Positions 39,790-53,478 of a DNA stretch of 64,000 nt are shown piece after piece. The notes beneath the pieces were generated by a model that saw only the letters and a program-made list of their open reading frames with translations, made no database searches and had not been told where the DNA came from. Made by a program: the position numbers and the translations under genes. Every line of letters begins with the position of its first letter. Positions within the stretch are counted from its first letter, which is position 1. The DNA lies in NCBI GenBank assembly GCA_964016885.1, contig OZ024740.1, positions 198,462,001-198,526,000 of the forward strand, written 5' to 3'. The stretch comes from Eledone cirrhosa. Taxonomy: Eukaryota.

Positions 39790-42700
39790 TTTCATTTATT
39801 AGCCACAAGGGCCGACATGTAGGGGACAATACAAAGACAGGGACAGTGGGGTTTACAATAAGGTCGAGTAAAAGTGCACAATGGCAAGACTAATTTAACA
39901 ATGAAGATATAAAAATATAAAATACACTATGCATAAATATAACAAAATAAATTCCCCAAGGGGGTGGACGACACTGGGGTTACTCGGGTACCCCACCAAT
40001 CCTGAACCAACCTGCACTTCTAGGGCACCCAGGGAGAGCACCCCCTCTCCTCAAGTTTGCCTGCCTATAGGCGCATGGTCAGAGTAGGCCCATTCACACG
40101 AGACATTCTCGCCACATTCACCCACCTTTTAGGAAATGTACTGGGGGGGGGGGGGTAGCACTTCTCTCTCCACCCTCACCCTCCTTTCCAGGTGAAACTT
40201 GAAGAAGTTGATGAGGGATTGGCAGAAGAGAAAAGTGTCTGTCTTCAGTCCTTTTAACCTGGTCCACCATATAACCTCTTTCGCAACTGCCACCAGACAG
40301 AGGAAAATTTCCTGCTCTTCCTGACCTAAGGAAGGCGGTGGGTCGATCTTCACTATGGACTCGGCCGATAGCCGGATTTGTTCCAGACGCGACAGTAGCT
40401 GTTCGACATAACTCCACAAGTCAGTCATGCACGGACATTGGACAAGTGCGTGCTGAACGGTTTCGTCGTTCTGTGCGCATCTTGGGCAGGTCCGTCTGAC
40501 AGCACTTCCGTGCCAGTAGAGTTTATCCCGAAACCGGGAGAGCCCCCCGGTAGCACTTCCAAGCGAGGGATTTCTGGAAATTGTCCATCGTCCCCGTCTC
40601 AAAAGTCCTCCGGTACAGACTGGTCAGTTCGACTTCGTCGCGGCCCAAAGCTTCTCCGAATGCGTCATCGCACTTGCCCACCACTAATCCTCTATACAAC
40701 TCGAGAGTGGAAGTTCCACTGATCGCATTTCCCGGACGGGGGCACGGTACGATGGTCAGGCGGTAGTAGATGACGGACGCGATGTACGCATTCGCCACCT
40801 CCGCGCGACCTTTCAGTGATAGCTTCCTCCCAGCCCATTTTTGGGTGAGACTGACTGCTCTTCCTCGTTACCCCGTCCCAATTCTTTTCCACCTGGAGGT
40901 CTGGTCCGAACCAAACTCCGAGCAACTTTACCGTTCCGTCCGTCCAGCGCCCCACGACGCTGTTAGACGGCATGGGCTTGCCTCTCCAGGTTCCGAGCTG
41001 CAAGTCCACCGACTTTTCCTGGTTAAATTTGGCTCCTGTCAACCTTTCATATTCCTTCAATAGGTGTCGACCACCTCGATTTCTGAGGTGTTCGAAACCA
41101 TCACGGTAATGTCGTCCGCATAAGCCTTCACCGCCTTTCCACGTTCCGGTTCGAGCGGGATGCCCTGCAACAGCTCCAGCTTTGGCAGTAAAGGCTCGAG
41201 AGTCAATACGTACAGAAGGGGAAAGAGAGGGCACCCTGGACGGACAGATCGGGAGTTCCGAAATGGTTCCGAGAGGTGGCGATTAACCTTGACCACCGAG
41301 CGTGTGCCACTGTGCATTGCAGCGATCTAGCTTCTGAAGACAGGGCCGAAGCCAGCTGCTTTGAGGACAAACTCCAGATACCGATGGTCGATCCTATCAA
41401 GCCATCAAGGTAGGGATTGAAATCCGCTACTCTCTCTGACTTGCCACTCTCCCCGAACAACTGAGCAAAGTGCTGGCGAAAGGCGTCACACATCTGCTTG
41501 GAATCTCTTATCTTGTGTCCGTCTCTGTTCGCCAAAGACCGAATTGTGGTTTTATTACCACGCTGCGCCTCCACCACGCGGGCCCATCGAACAGCTTTGG
41601 TTCCCTCGTTTCTCAGCGCACGCGCCTTAGCTCTGACAATGCAACCTTCGTGTTTCGCATTGAAGAAATGGTCTAATTCCATTTTTGCCGCCAGCACGTC
41701 ACTACAAATAGCCTCGTCTAACTTATCTACCAGCTCCCCCTCCTTTCTATTTTTCTCTAACGCTAGTTCTTTGATGAACTCTATCGAAGTTACTCTAATC
41801 TCTCTTTTGAGGACCCACCACCATCTGTTGTTGATGATCCTTCCTGTCAACTTTAGCGTAACTAAATTGTTGACTCGGTCCCTGTAAGCCTTGCGTGCCG
41901 GAAATGACATGTTCAGTTTTCCAGTAACCTGGTCCTAACCTACGCGTTTTATCTAGGTCGACCGTACAGATCACAAATTTGTGATCTGAATAGGCGACCG
42001 TTTTAAAAAGTGCGCAGCCCAGACTATTTCTATTTATTTCCTAATGAAGATCCTGTCTATATACGATCTAGATGACCCCATTCGGTTGGTCCACGTCCAT
42101 TCTGGCACATTGGTGAAATCTAGTCGATACCTGTCAGACAGTTGGAACTGGCTGAGTAGGTGCTCGAGGCTTTTGCACCCCTCGCTCCTATCGGCTTTTC
42201 CCACACAATCCCAGCGTGCGTCTAAGATGCCATTCCAATCCCCCGCTAACAGTAAAGGGCGAGACGTACCTAGAAAGGTCTCCAGACGCTTAAAAGGTCC
42301 GGTCGTCCGGCCCCTGTAGGGGCGTAGACGGCCAGTAGTCTAAATGCAGCACCTTCGCTGCTGCTCACATCCAAGACCACCAACGTACCGTCCGGGTCCC
42401 GGAAGATCGACCTTACCTCGAGATCCAGTCCTTTCCTAAACAGCACTCCCCCCCCCCATTACCGGCCTGATAACAGATGCGAAGATCTGATAGTCGTCGA
42501 AAATGGGGGCTAGTGCGCGCGTGTCGGAAATTCTGGTCTCGCTGACGGCAATCACATCCATTTCCAGCGACCTGAGGTCGTTGAGCAGGCAACCCTGCTT
42601 CCAGGGTGACCCCAAGCCGCGAACATTAAAACTTCCTACTCTTAATATGGCCATGTTGGTAAGCAAAGCGAGAGAGAGGGAAGATTTACTTAACTCCCGA

Positions 42701-42960
42701 AGTCTTGTGAAGGTCGGGTGATTCGACCACCATGGTTGGTGGGGTTTCTTTTGGGAACCCCTTTAAAAGTCTCGATGTTGGATTCACATTCGGGGTTCCC
42801 ACGTCTTGAGGAAAGCTCTCTCGAATTTCTTTGAAGGAATTGAGTGACATTCGGACCAGAAGCAAATCTTCTGGCACGCAAAATGTGCTCATTTCAAAAA
42901 TCTCCCCCTCTGTTTAAATGTCCTCGCTTCGTGTTAAGAAGGCCATCAGTTTATCGTTGG
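39790..42960 (-). mobile_element. Degenerate Tx1/L1-clade LINE with internal deletions and frameshifts
   Basis: ORF fragments 42686..42892 (ORF1 end), 42436..42666 (APE), 41203..41910, 41057..41317 (YADD), 40692..41234 and 40129..40602 (CPRC..HALVQC) are homologous to 27927-31738; shared 3' terminal motif. Confidence 0.9.
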
Positions 42961-43389
42961 CCCTTCTGACAAGCACGGAGATTTTAACATTATAATAAAA
43001 TAATAATAATATTATTTATACTTATATATACACTATATATAATTATAAATTGTAATATAATACGTAGCTATTCTGAACGTGCCTAAAACATTTGCACTCT
43101 CTACCGCTTGCATACGTACTGCTAATGTCCTCGTTTTGCGAGTAACTTTCTGCCTTAATGCCTCTTTAATTGTTATATTATTCTTTTGTAATCTTTGTTG
43201 CATCCACTCTGTATATATGAAACTGTTGATGAGAGCATTAATAGCTGTGTATCTTTATGATAGGAGGTTAATTATATATCTAAACTTTGCAGTGCTCCGA
43301 TGGATACAAATGAAATTTTGGAAGAAACGATTGTCAACAATAAAATGTTTTGAACATAGTTTTGAGCATAGTTTTGATTATTCTGTAAT

Positions 43390-43442
<53 letters not shown>

Positions 43443-43606
43443 AAATATATATATAATCAATGATTTTAAATGAATGGAAACTGTATTTATAAAATCATAT
43501 TTATTTTATTATATAAAATTTGTTTTATAAATAGAGTCGTACCCATGGAAATCATACCTTATCGGTTGGAAATTCACTGGGTAGTGAATTTATAAAACAT
43601 AGTTTG

Positions 43607-43671
43607 TATTTTATCTGATGAAAGCGTACCAATATTGTCTTGTTTGCCCTTGAAATATATATAATAAAATA
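43607..43671 (+). ncRNA. Type I hammerhead ribozyme fold (family C element 43460-43805)
   Basis: TATTTTAT-CTGATGA-AAG...CTT-GAAA-TATATA-TA-ATAAAATA; TATAAAA just upstream at 43591. Confidence 0.7.
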
Positions 43672-43807
43672 AATATGGTTTTATAAATATAGTTTCAATT
43701 CATTTATTATCATTGAATATTTTCTCCAGTAATCTGTTGAATGCTCTAAATCAGTTATAAACATTTATGTTTGTCGGACTTCCAACAAATTAAATACGAC
43801 TTCAATA

Positions 43808-43955
43808 ACCCAGTGCATTACTGGTGCTTTATTTTATCGACCCCGTAAGGATGAAAGGCAAAGTTAACCTTGGCGGGATTTGAACCCAGACCGTAAAGGG
43901 ACATAACTATGCTGGAAAGCATGGCGTCCGACCCTCCACCGATACTGCCAATCCA
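43808..43955 (-). mobile_element. tRNA-derived SINE
   Basis: Same family as 33247-33433. Confidence 0.85.
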
Positions 43956-43970
43956 ATATAATATAATATA

Positions 43971-44119
<149 letters not shown>

Positions 44120-45083
44120 TGTCCATAGATTCATTTGATAAGATATATACACCATTTCCTCTCACAATCAGCATAATCAACCACACAAAAAAACAATTAA
44201 ACCAGGCTATAAGATTAAAAGGCATCTATGAAGAAATAATAGATAAATAAACGACACCCATCTATTCGCGATCAACAGCTATAGAATATTTTTTCAGCAT
44301 TTTAATAGCACGTGGAAATCGATTAAATATATCGTCAACCATACACAATTAGGTATAAAGTTAAAGTTAGAAGAAATGCATATAAACATATCCGGATTAC
44401 GTTTCTACCCCTTAGGGTTTCTTTCGCTTTTGGAAATATCCGATCAAGAATGAATTCTCGAGCTTCGAAATCATCAGGAAACAAACTCAATTGGACGAAG
44501 ATTTTTCTTAAATGATCCCCGCCAGAAACGAATTTAAAATGGCTAAGAACTTTGACGTGGCAGTGGTCAAGTCAGAAAGAATGTGATTGCTGCCTTACGG
44601 CGAGTGGGCTGGTTACTAGAAAGCGCAGCCTGATAGTGCCTAAATTGCATCTCAAACTTATGGGAGATTATCAAATATAAAGATTTACATATACACAAAC
44701 TAGACAAAGTCATAGATATATATGTTTTTGGCAACCATTGACCATGTGGCTCAATGATGAATTCATAAATTAAATCTAAAGCATATCAATTTGTCCCTGG
44801 ATGTTTACTGAGGAGAGCAGGACATGATATTCCTACACTTATTTATCTCGAAACATATTTGGATTTTAGAGTTTAAACTTATCTACGGAACAGGTTTGAT
44901 TTTGAAATTTAAATGTGTCTAAACATCATAGCCATTTGGCAATGCAGTTCGTCTTTGTTGATTTATTATTTTAAATCGATATGGACAAACTGTAGTATAA
45001 TAATTAGTATACTTCATTCTGGCTAAATTTTCTTTTGCAATATAAATACAGATGTGTTGGTATCTGTGTTTCATCATATATAT

Positions 45084-45137
<54 letters not shown>

Positions 45138-45172
45138 GGTATGGTAACGTTATACATATATATATATATATT

Positions 45173-45877
45173 ATTGAGTGCTCTGCTACTCATTCCTTAT
45201 TGTAGGTCGACTTTGCTTGACCACAGCCAACGCTTCGATTTTACTAAGCTTCCACTTGTATTATTATCTCTTAGACATAATAATTAATTAATTAATTTAA
45301 TTAGACACTTATGTTGATTGGTTACTTATTTCTGTTTGTTTAATAATGTCTAGTTTATAGCTTTTATTCGGAATGTTGAGCGGAATTAATTTTCCTTTGT
45401 TAATACTTTGAATTTACCCGTCAAAAACCGGGGGTTGCTTCCCTTGTTCGTGACAACGAAATGATTGAAGGCTGTCGATTGTAGCGGTCGCATGGAGTTT
45501 CAGTTCACACCCGTTTGAGGCATAATAAGGAAATGCCTCTCGATTAAGTGAGTCCCCTGTTCGATCATGGAATACCACAAGCTTGCGTGTTACATAAGTG
45601 GGATTGATGATATCGATTTCATAGAAACATATCGGACATATTGAAGAATATCGTTCGATCTGTCCAGGCCTGTTGTTTTAACGTGATTAGTTCTTTCGTT
45701 GTTTTGGTACTGTATGGTTGGGTTTTGCCTACGGCAATTTTCAATTAGTCAAGCTATTTAAACGTAATGTAATTACGATAAGGACCTACCCATATTGAGT
45801 GCTTTCCTACTCATTCCTTATTGTAGGTCAAATTTACTTGGCCACAGCCACAGCTTAGATTTTACTAAGCTTCCACT

Positions 45878-45881
<4 letters not shown>
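45173..45881. mobile_element. Non-coding element bounded by ~88-bp direct repeats, in (TA)n
   Basis: 45173-45260 repeats at 45794-45881. Confidence 0.7.
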
Positions 45882-45914
<33 letters not shown>

Positions 45915-46020
45915 ATATACGTTGGTAGAAATCCGCAAATGAGAGATCAAGGAAAACTGTTGAATCTGTTGGAAGAGAGCTAATTTAGTGTAAACAAAAC
46001 TTCACGCACTTAAAATGTAT

Positions 46021-46104
46021 GTGCTACAATAGTTTCGGAGTACAGTCAAGGCCACCACTATATAATGCAGGAGGACTTTTTTAACTGATCCTTCATCCAG
46101 GCGC
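46021..46104 (-). ncRNA. Degenerate type I hammerhead fold
   Basis: Minus strand GCGC-CTGGATGA-A-GGA.CAGTTAA...TTGACTG..TCC-GAAA-CTATTG-TA-GCAC (one extra G in the core). Confidence 0.45.
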
Positions 46105-46688
46105 TTGAGTGAAGAGCCAGTTTAAAAGTGCCATTAAACAGTGATCGCCGTTTCGACAGCTAGATCCGAACTAAGCCACCAGTCTGGTGGCTTAATTCGG
46201 ATCTAGCTGTCGAAACGGGTGGAGCTCAGACGTCGGGGTCCTGACTCTTTTCCTATATATATGTACAACAACCGGAAATAACATCTGTGAAATAAAAAGA
46301 AAATCTATCTGCTTAGCTAGCTACGCCACCGTGAAACAAACAACCCTTAGGCAATCAAAATAAAACGCCTACGCAGCGGCTAAACATCAAACGATTATTT
46401 TTGTATAAATAGAGTGGTTCCAAACACTTTCGACAGTCGACCATTGGCAGAGTGAGCTCGCGTATCGTTGTTCCTCTCCTCTGCCACACTTGTCACACAC
46501 ACACGACTTGACCCTCTGTATTGTCGCTTCATGTATGGAATACATCTTTGAACGAAACTACATATCTTGCCTGCTCGTCCTTTCAACTTCTTCCTTCGTC
46601 TGTTCATCCTTACCGTGTGCGATAACAGTCCTTTAAAGGGCTAATCTCAGATCCGATCAGAAGTAGTGACCAGACCCACTAACCACGT

Positions 46689-47347
<659 letters not shown>

Positions 47348-47352
<5 letters not shown>

Positions 47353-47772
47353 TAAACGGAAAAGTAAATACTGATTAATTGTCCACAGTAAAAAAATAGT
47401 TTAATTAGGAATAAGTAAAAATTAGTAATAGTATTGGTTAGTATTCAGTTTTGCTTTTAAGTTTTACCGGTTGTGCATTTCTAATTCTTTACAAAAATAA
47501 TTTTGAGATAGAGCGCCCGTGATGTTTGCTCTAATCTTAGAGCAATCTAATCTTAGAGCAAACATCACGGACGCTCTATCTCAAAATTATTTTTAAAAAG
47601 CATTAGAAATGCGCAACCGGTAAAACTTAAAACCAAAACTGAATACTAGCAAATACTATTACTAATTTTTACTTATTCCTAATTAAACTATTTTTCACCG
47701 GGAACAATTTGTCAGCATTTTCTTTTCCATTTACCAATATATCATAACTCGTGTGTTACACCTCTATTCTTT

Positions 47773-47775
<3 letters not shown>
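47348..47775. mobile_element. Fold-back short element (family H) with a decayed hammerhead motif
   Basis: 47348-47535 is the inverted copy of ~47553-47739; contains GCATT/AATGC-GCAA-CCGG-TA, resembling family G. Confidence 0.7.
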
Positions 47776-47865
<90 letters not shown>

Positions 47866-47984
47866 ATTAATAAGAGGAATTCCAACTTTGTCTGATTTAC
47901 TCGTTTTATTTACAATCCTTTAAAATATATATAATGGTATTATAATGAAATAGTATGATAGAATATTACATTCTAAGTGTTAAT

Positions 47985-48023
47985 TGAACAAGTACTTTCA
48001 TGCTTTCGCAATCTTCAGGTTCA
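47985..48023 (-). ncRNA. Minimal type I hammerhead ribozyme in the PLE pLTR (intact core)
   Basis: TGAAC-CTGAAGA-T-TGC(GAAA)GCA-T-GAAA-GTAC-TT-GTTCA with a palindromic GTAC loop. Confidence 0.85.
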
Positions 48024-48329
48024 TGATATGTGGTGACAGTTGAGTTTGCAATTTTCAACTGTAATGAGATGGGTAAATTTCCTACCTTTTATACATTTTA
48101 TACAGAGAAAAGTGGCTCCAGAATGCAAAGCCCTGTAAACTGTATTTCGACCAATCAGTGTGTAGTTTCACTGAATTACTACAGCTGATTGGTTTAAGCG
48201 TCACGGCTGGTTGAGCATGCTAACGACCAATAGTCATACCCAACGTATCAATTGTTTTGCTTTTTGAAATGATGAAAATAGCATTTTCTATTAATCATCA
48301 CCATCAACATCACTTTTATTATTATTATT

Positions 48330-48374
<45 letters not shown>

Positions 48375-48421
48375 AGTGGTCGTGGTCATAGTGGTAGTAG
48401 AAGTAATACCCCTATGCGTTA

Positions 48422-49043
48422 TTATTGTTCATTTAGCTTGGGTTTGAATTTATCAATAACATTCTTTTCTTTGATTTTTCTCTTGATTTCACTTGGGCTG
48501 TGTAATTTGTAGAATGGGAATATTATAAATATTCCCTGACCACATGTTGCCAGGTGGCCGCTTAGGGGTATCTGACGGACATTTGGGTCTCTGATTTGTT
48601 GACGGTGTACCGGTGCGCGTTCCGATAGTGCATTTCCAGTTTGACCGACATATAGTTCTTCACAATTCGGGCATTTAATGCAGTAAATTAGATTTCTGCT
48701 TTTGCAGTTCATGTTTGCATTTGGGAATACTTTTCCAGTTTTTGTTTTCATATATTGACCGGCGTGTATGGATTGACATGTGCCGCATCGATTATCATTG
48801 CATTTAGATACAGTGAATGATTGGTCTTTGTTGTTAAGGTCAAACTTTGCTTTTGTTAGCAATTGCTTCACATTTTTTGGCTGTCTTTTACTAAGAGTCA
48901 AAGATCGATCTGTGATTAAGCCTTTTAATTCATTACTTTGAGCAATGATCGGTAGGTTTGCTTTGGCAGTGTTGAATATATTCTGGTGACATGGGTTGTG
49001 TGTCATTATAAATGGTATGACCAGTTCTTGGTTTCTTCTTCCT
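48422..49043 (-). pseudogene. Inverted duplicate of the PLE GIY-YIG coding 3' end
   Basis: ORF 48422..49006 is nearly identical to the last 194 aa of 51653..53392. Confidence 0.9.
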
Positions 49044-49826
49044 ACACCCGTGTATATTTACCTATCTATATCTATATATATATTCCTATTGTGTATATGC
49101 CAACACTTGTGGAAAGCAACAAATGAAACCAACAGAATGAGAAAGAATTTTAAAGGAGATATCATCGAAATTATCAACACTTATCACGATGATGGACACA
49201 CAATCCTCTATTTTAAAGGAAATAGAAAAACAATCTACAGACGGAAAACTTATAACTGAACATATAAACTCTGAAATTAAGAATTTAGCTGAAATTATAC
49301 CAACAGTTATCAAAGATACAAGAGAAAGCCTACCACAACCCTCTTGGATGTCAGAAATAAACGAAAGAAATTTGGAAAACAAAAAACATCGAATAAGAAA
49401 AGAAATGTGGAAGACATGGAAAAAATTCCTTAACATAAGAAAACAAAATTTCTGGAAAGCATACAGATGCGAAAAATATGTCGAAACACATTCGAAATGG
49501 CTCTCTCTAACGGCACCCATACTCCCTCGTAAATACCTAATTACAGAAATTGCAGGAGAACCAGAAGAAGAAACAAAACTCCGATGGGAACTTACATTAA
49601 CAAAATTCAGAACCGACATCTCCATTTCTGAATGTAAACAATGCCGCAATGATCGGTAGGTTTGCTTTGGCAGTGTTGAATATATTCTGGTGACATGGGT
49701 TGTGTGTCATTATAAATGGTATGACCAGTTCTTGGTTTCTTCTTCCTACACCCGTGTATATTTACCTATCTATATCTATATATATATTCCTATTGTGTAT
49801 ATGCCAACACTTCTGGAAAGCAACAA

Positions 49827-51158
49827 ATGAAACCAACAGAATCAGAAAGAATTCTAAAGGAGATATCATCGAAATTATCAACACTTATCACGATGATGGA
49901 CACACAATCCTCTATTTTAAAGGAAATAGAAAAACAATCTACAGACGGAAAACTTATAACTGAACATATAAACTCTGAAATTAAGAATTTAGCTGAAATT
50001 ATACCAACAGTTATCAAAGATACAAGAGAAAGCCTACCACAACCCCCTTGGATGTCAGAAATAAACAAAAGAAATTTGGAAAACAAAACACATCGAATAA
50101 GAAAAGAAATGTGGAAGACATGGAAAAAATTCCTTAACATAAGAAAACAAAATTTCTGGAAAGCATACAGATGCGAAAAATATGTCGAAACACATTCGAA
50201 ATGGCTCTCTCTAACGGCACCCATACTCCCTCGTAAATACCTAATTACAGAAATTGCAGGAGAACCAGAAGAAGAAACAAAACTCCGATGGGAACTTACA
50301 TTGACAAAATTCAGAACCGACATCTCCATTTCTGAATGTAAACAATCCCGCTACAAAGCCAAATATGAAGCTATTGATGACCAAATTGAAGTTGAAATTT
50401 CAAAGCTAACGACTGGTATTATAGCTGAAAAACTACGAGAACTATGGATCGGAGATATCTCAAAAGAAGAAAACAAATCAAGAAAGGTATGGCAGCAGAA
50501 ACAATTATTTCTCGATGAATATGCTGCAAATTACGGTAAAGACTCTGGAACCCTGAGAAAAAGCATTAAAAGTGGACAATCTCATCAACACAACATACGC
50601 CAGAACACGTGCCAACACAAACACTCACCTTACCTTGAATCAAAGAAGAACTACGGTAATAACTCTTCGCTTTTTCTACAAAAACACCCTATCGCACACA
50701 ACATGAACAAAAAGCACAAACACGATAGGTATTCCTTTGACCAGACCATGAGAAGTAGTAAAACCAGGAGATCATTCTCAAGATCTCAACAGAGACTACC
50801 AACAAGGAATGTGGAAACAAAACGTAGAATAACTAGATCACTCTCAAGATCTCAACAGAGATTGCCCACAAGAAACTGGACGAAAAAACGATCTAAACCT
50901 GAAAGCAAACCTAGGTCATTTTCCCAGATTGTTAAAAATAATGCTAACAGGAAGAAAAATAATATACAGAATACCAAAAATAGGACAAAATACATAACGA
51001 AACCAAGTATAATATCACGACCAAAAGTTCATCAAGCGAACACCAACAGGAATATAAATCCTGAACAGAGAAAAATTCATTTTTTAACGTCAGGACAACA
51101 AAAACCGGAAAAAGAAAAACTCCAGGAGGAAACATACCCAAAACAGCTGTACACGTAG
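49827..51158 (+). CDS. PLE ORF1-like protein: helical/coiled-coil-like N-half, basic Arg/Ser/Lys-rich C-half
   Basis: 443-aa open frame inside the element; duplicated RS(F/L)SRSQQRLPTRN motif; function is inference. Confidence 0.75.
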   Translation: MKPTESERILKEISSKLSTLITMMDTQSSILKEIEKQSTDGKLITEHINSEIKNLAEIIPTVIKDTRESLPQPPWMSEINKRNLENKTHRIRKEMWKTWKKFLNIRKQNFWKAYRCEKYVETHSKWLSLTAPILPRKYLITEIAGEPEEETKLRWELTLTKFRTDISISECKQSRYKAKYEAIDDQIEVEISKLTTGIIAEKLRELWIGDISKEENKSRKVWQQKQLFLDEYAANYGKDSGTLRKSIKSGQSHQHNIRQNTCQHKHSPYLESKKNYGNNSSLFLQKHPIAHNMNKKHKHDRYSFDQTMRSSKTRRSFSRSQQRLPTRNVETKRRITRSLSRSQQRLPTRNWTKKRSKPESKPRSFSQIVKNNANRKKNNIQNTKNRTKYITKPSIISRPKVHQANTNRNINPEQRKIHFLTSGQQKPEKEKLQEETYPKQLYT

Positions 51159-53392
51159 ATCCGAAAATAATTAATTTATCTAAAAGAGATCTTGACAATG
51201 ATGAAATGCAAATTCTGTCAAAAGGACTGAAATTCACACCGACTCCAACAGTCAACCACCAAGAACTGAAGGAGGATACCCAAGAATTCTGTCGAAAATT
51301 ACGTCTTGTAGAATTCTTCGCTGATAAAAATAATGAGAGTGATGAATCACTAGTAAAGAATAAATCAAAATTCACTCCGCCAAAAGGAAGAAATATCTAT
51401 CTCGACCAATACATTGACATCCTGTCTAAATTTCCTCTTAGACATAATACTAATGTTAGGCCAAACATTAACAAATCAGAAATGTCTGCACTTAAACGTA
51501 TACAAAATGATAAAACAATAATAATTAAACAAGCAGATAAAGGGGGTGCAGTTGTTATAATGGATACTGAATACTACAAGGATTAGGTTGAGGAACAACT
51601 GAAAGACACAACATTCTATCATGAAATACCGTCAAATATAGACCACAACGTCATGAAGAAGATCAACAACCTGGCTTCAAAATACCACAACTCATTTACT
51701 GATAAGGAAAGAGACTACATCACCAATTTTGAGCCGAAACCCAGCAACCTGTATGGCCTACCGAAAGTTCACAAGTCAAAAGAAATACAACTGGCAGTAA
51801 GAGAACAAAACAGTGAGTACATTAAATTATTACACCCAAAAGACTTAAAACTTAGACCTATTATAGCTGGTCCAACATGCCCCACTCACCGTCTAAGCAA
51901 TTTTGTTGACATTATTTTGAAACCACTATGTATTCACATACCCAGTTTCATCCGGGATGATATCGACTTCCTGTCCCATCTTCCCAAAACCACGGAAACG
52001 AATTCACTTCTACTCAGTTTTGATGTGGTAAGCTTTTACACCAACATTACACATGATTTAGGAATAAAGGCGGTTAAATACTGGGTGGAAAAACACAGAG
52101 AAGTGATTCCCATTAGATTCACAGCGCCATTTATATTAGACGCAGTTAAACTTATTCTGGAAAACAACACTTTCTTCTTCAATGGAAAGAATTACATCCA
52201 AATTAGAGGCACAGCGATGGGAACGAAGTTTGCTCCCGTTTACGCGAACTCTGTAATGGGATACTTAGAACAACAACTCTACCAAGAAATAGAGGAAAAA
52301 TATAGTACTGACTTTAGAAAGTACATTGAAAAATCTTGGAAGAGATACCTTGACGACTGTTTCATCATCTGGACAGAATCTCTAGATACTCTGGATGAGT
52401 TCAATATCCTCCTGAATAACCTACACCCATCTCTCCAATTCACAAAAGAGATGAGTAGGACCAACTTACCATTCCTAGATATAATGATAATCAAAAACGA
52501 CACCACCATTACCACGGATATATATTATAAACACACAGACACCCATCAATATCTGAATTTTAAGTCGTGCCATCCACCTCATACAAAACGCAACATCCCA
52601 TACTGCCTAGCCAGAAGAATTTGTACCATTGTAGAAGATACGAATACCAGGTACAAACGCCTAACAGAACTAAGAGAATTTTTGCTCAAACAAAAATACA
52701 CATCTCTACTTATAGAAAATGGCATACAGCGGGCTATAAAAATACCTATACAACAACTTAGAACAACCCAAGGAAGAAGAAACCAAGAACTGGTCATACC
52801 ATTTATAATGACACACAACCCATGTCACCAGAATATATTCAACACTGCCAAAGCAAACCTACCGATCATTGCTCAAAGTAATGAATTAAAAGGCTTAATC
52901 ACAGATCGATCTTTGACTCTTAGTAAAAGACAGCCAAAAAATGTGAAGCAATTGCTAACAAAAGCAAAGTTTGACCTTAACAACAAAGACCAATCATTCA
53001 CTGTATCTAAATGCAATGATAATCGATGCGGCACATGTCAATCCATAAACGCCGGTCAATATATGAAAACAAAAACTGGAAAAATATTCCCAAATGCAAA
53101 TATGAACTGCAAAAGCAGAAATCTAATTTACTGCATTAAATGCCCGAATTGTGAAGAACTATATGTCGGTCAAACTGGAAATGCACTATCGGAACGCGCA
53201 CGGGTACACCGTCAACAAATCAGAGACCCAAATGTCCGTCAGATACCCCTAAGCGGCCACCTGGCAACATGTGGTCAGGGAATATTTATAATATTCCCAT
53301 TCTACAAATTACACAGCCCAAGTGAAATCAAGAGAAAAATCAAAGAAAAGAATTTTATTGATAAATTCAAACCCAAGCTAAATGAACAATAA
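51086..53392 (+). CDS. PLE reverse transcriptase + Cys-rich linker + GIY-YIG endonuclease; single in-frame TAG at 51584-51586
   Basis: IINLS...ILSKGLKFTPT, KQADKGGAVV, LYGLPKVHK, LRPII, SFDVVSFY, GTAMG, WKRYLDD, PFLD, CNDNRCGTC, NLIYCIKCPNC..LYVGQT; ORFs 51206 and 51653 are in the same frame. Confidence 0.93.
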
Positions 53393-53439
53393 TAACGCAT
53401 AGGGGTATTACTTCTACTACCACTATGACCACGACCACT

Positions 53440-53478
<39 letters not shown>

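Noticed and set aside
39780-39800. Tx1 target specificity for the tRNA-SINE A-box
   Set aside because: Only one copy abuts a SINE; the copy ending at 31960 abuts (TA)/(TC) repeats.
51584-51586. In-frame stop in the PLE RT as selenocysteine or programmed readthrough
   Set aside because: It is TAG, not TGA, at a non-Cys position; a point mutation is the simplest explanation.
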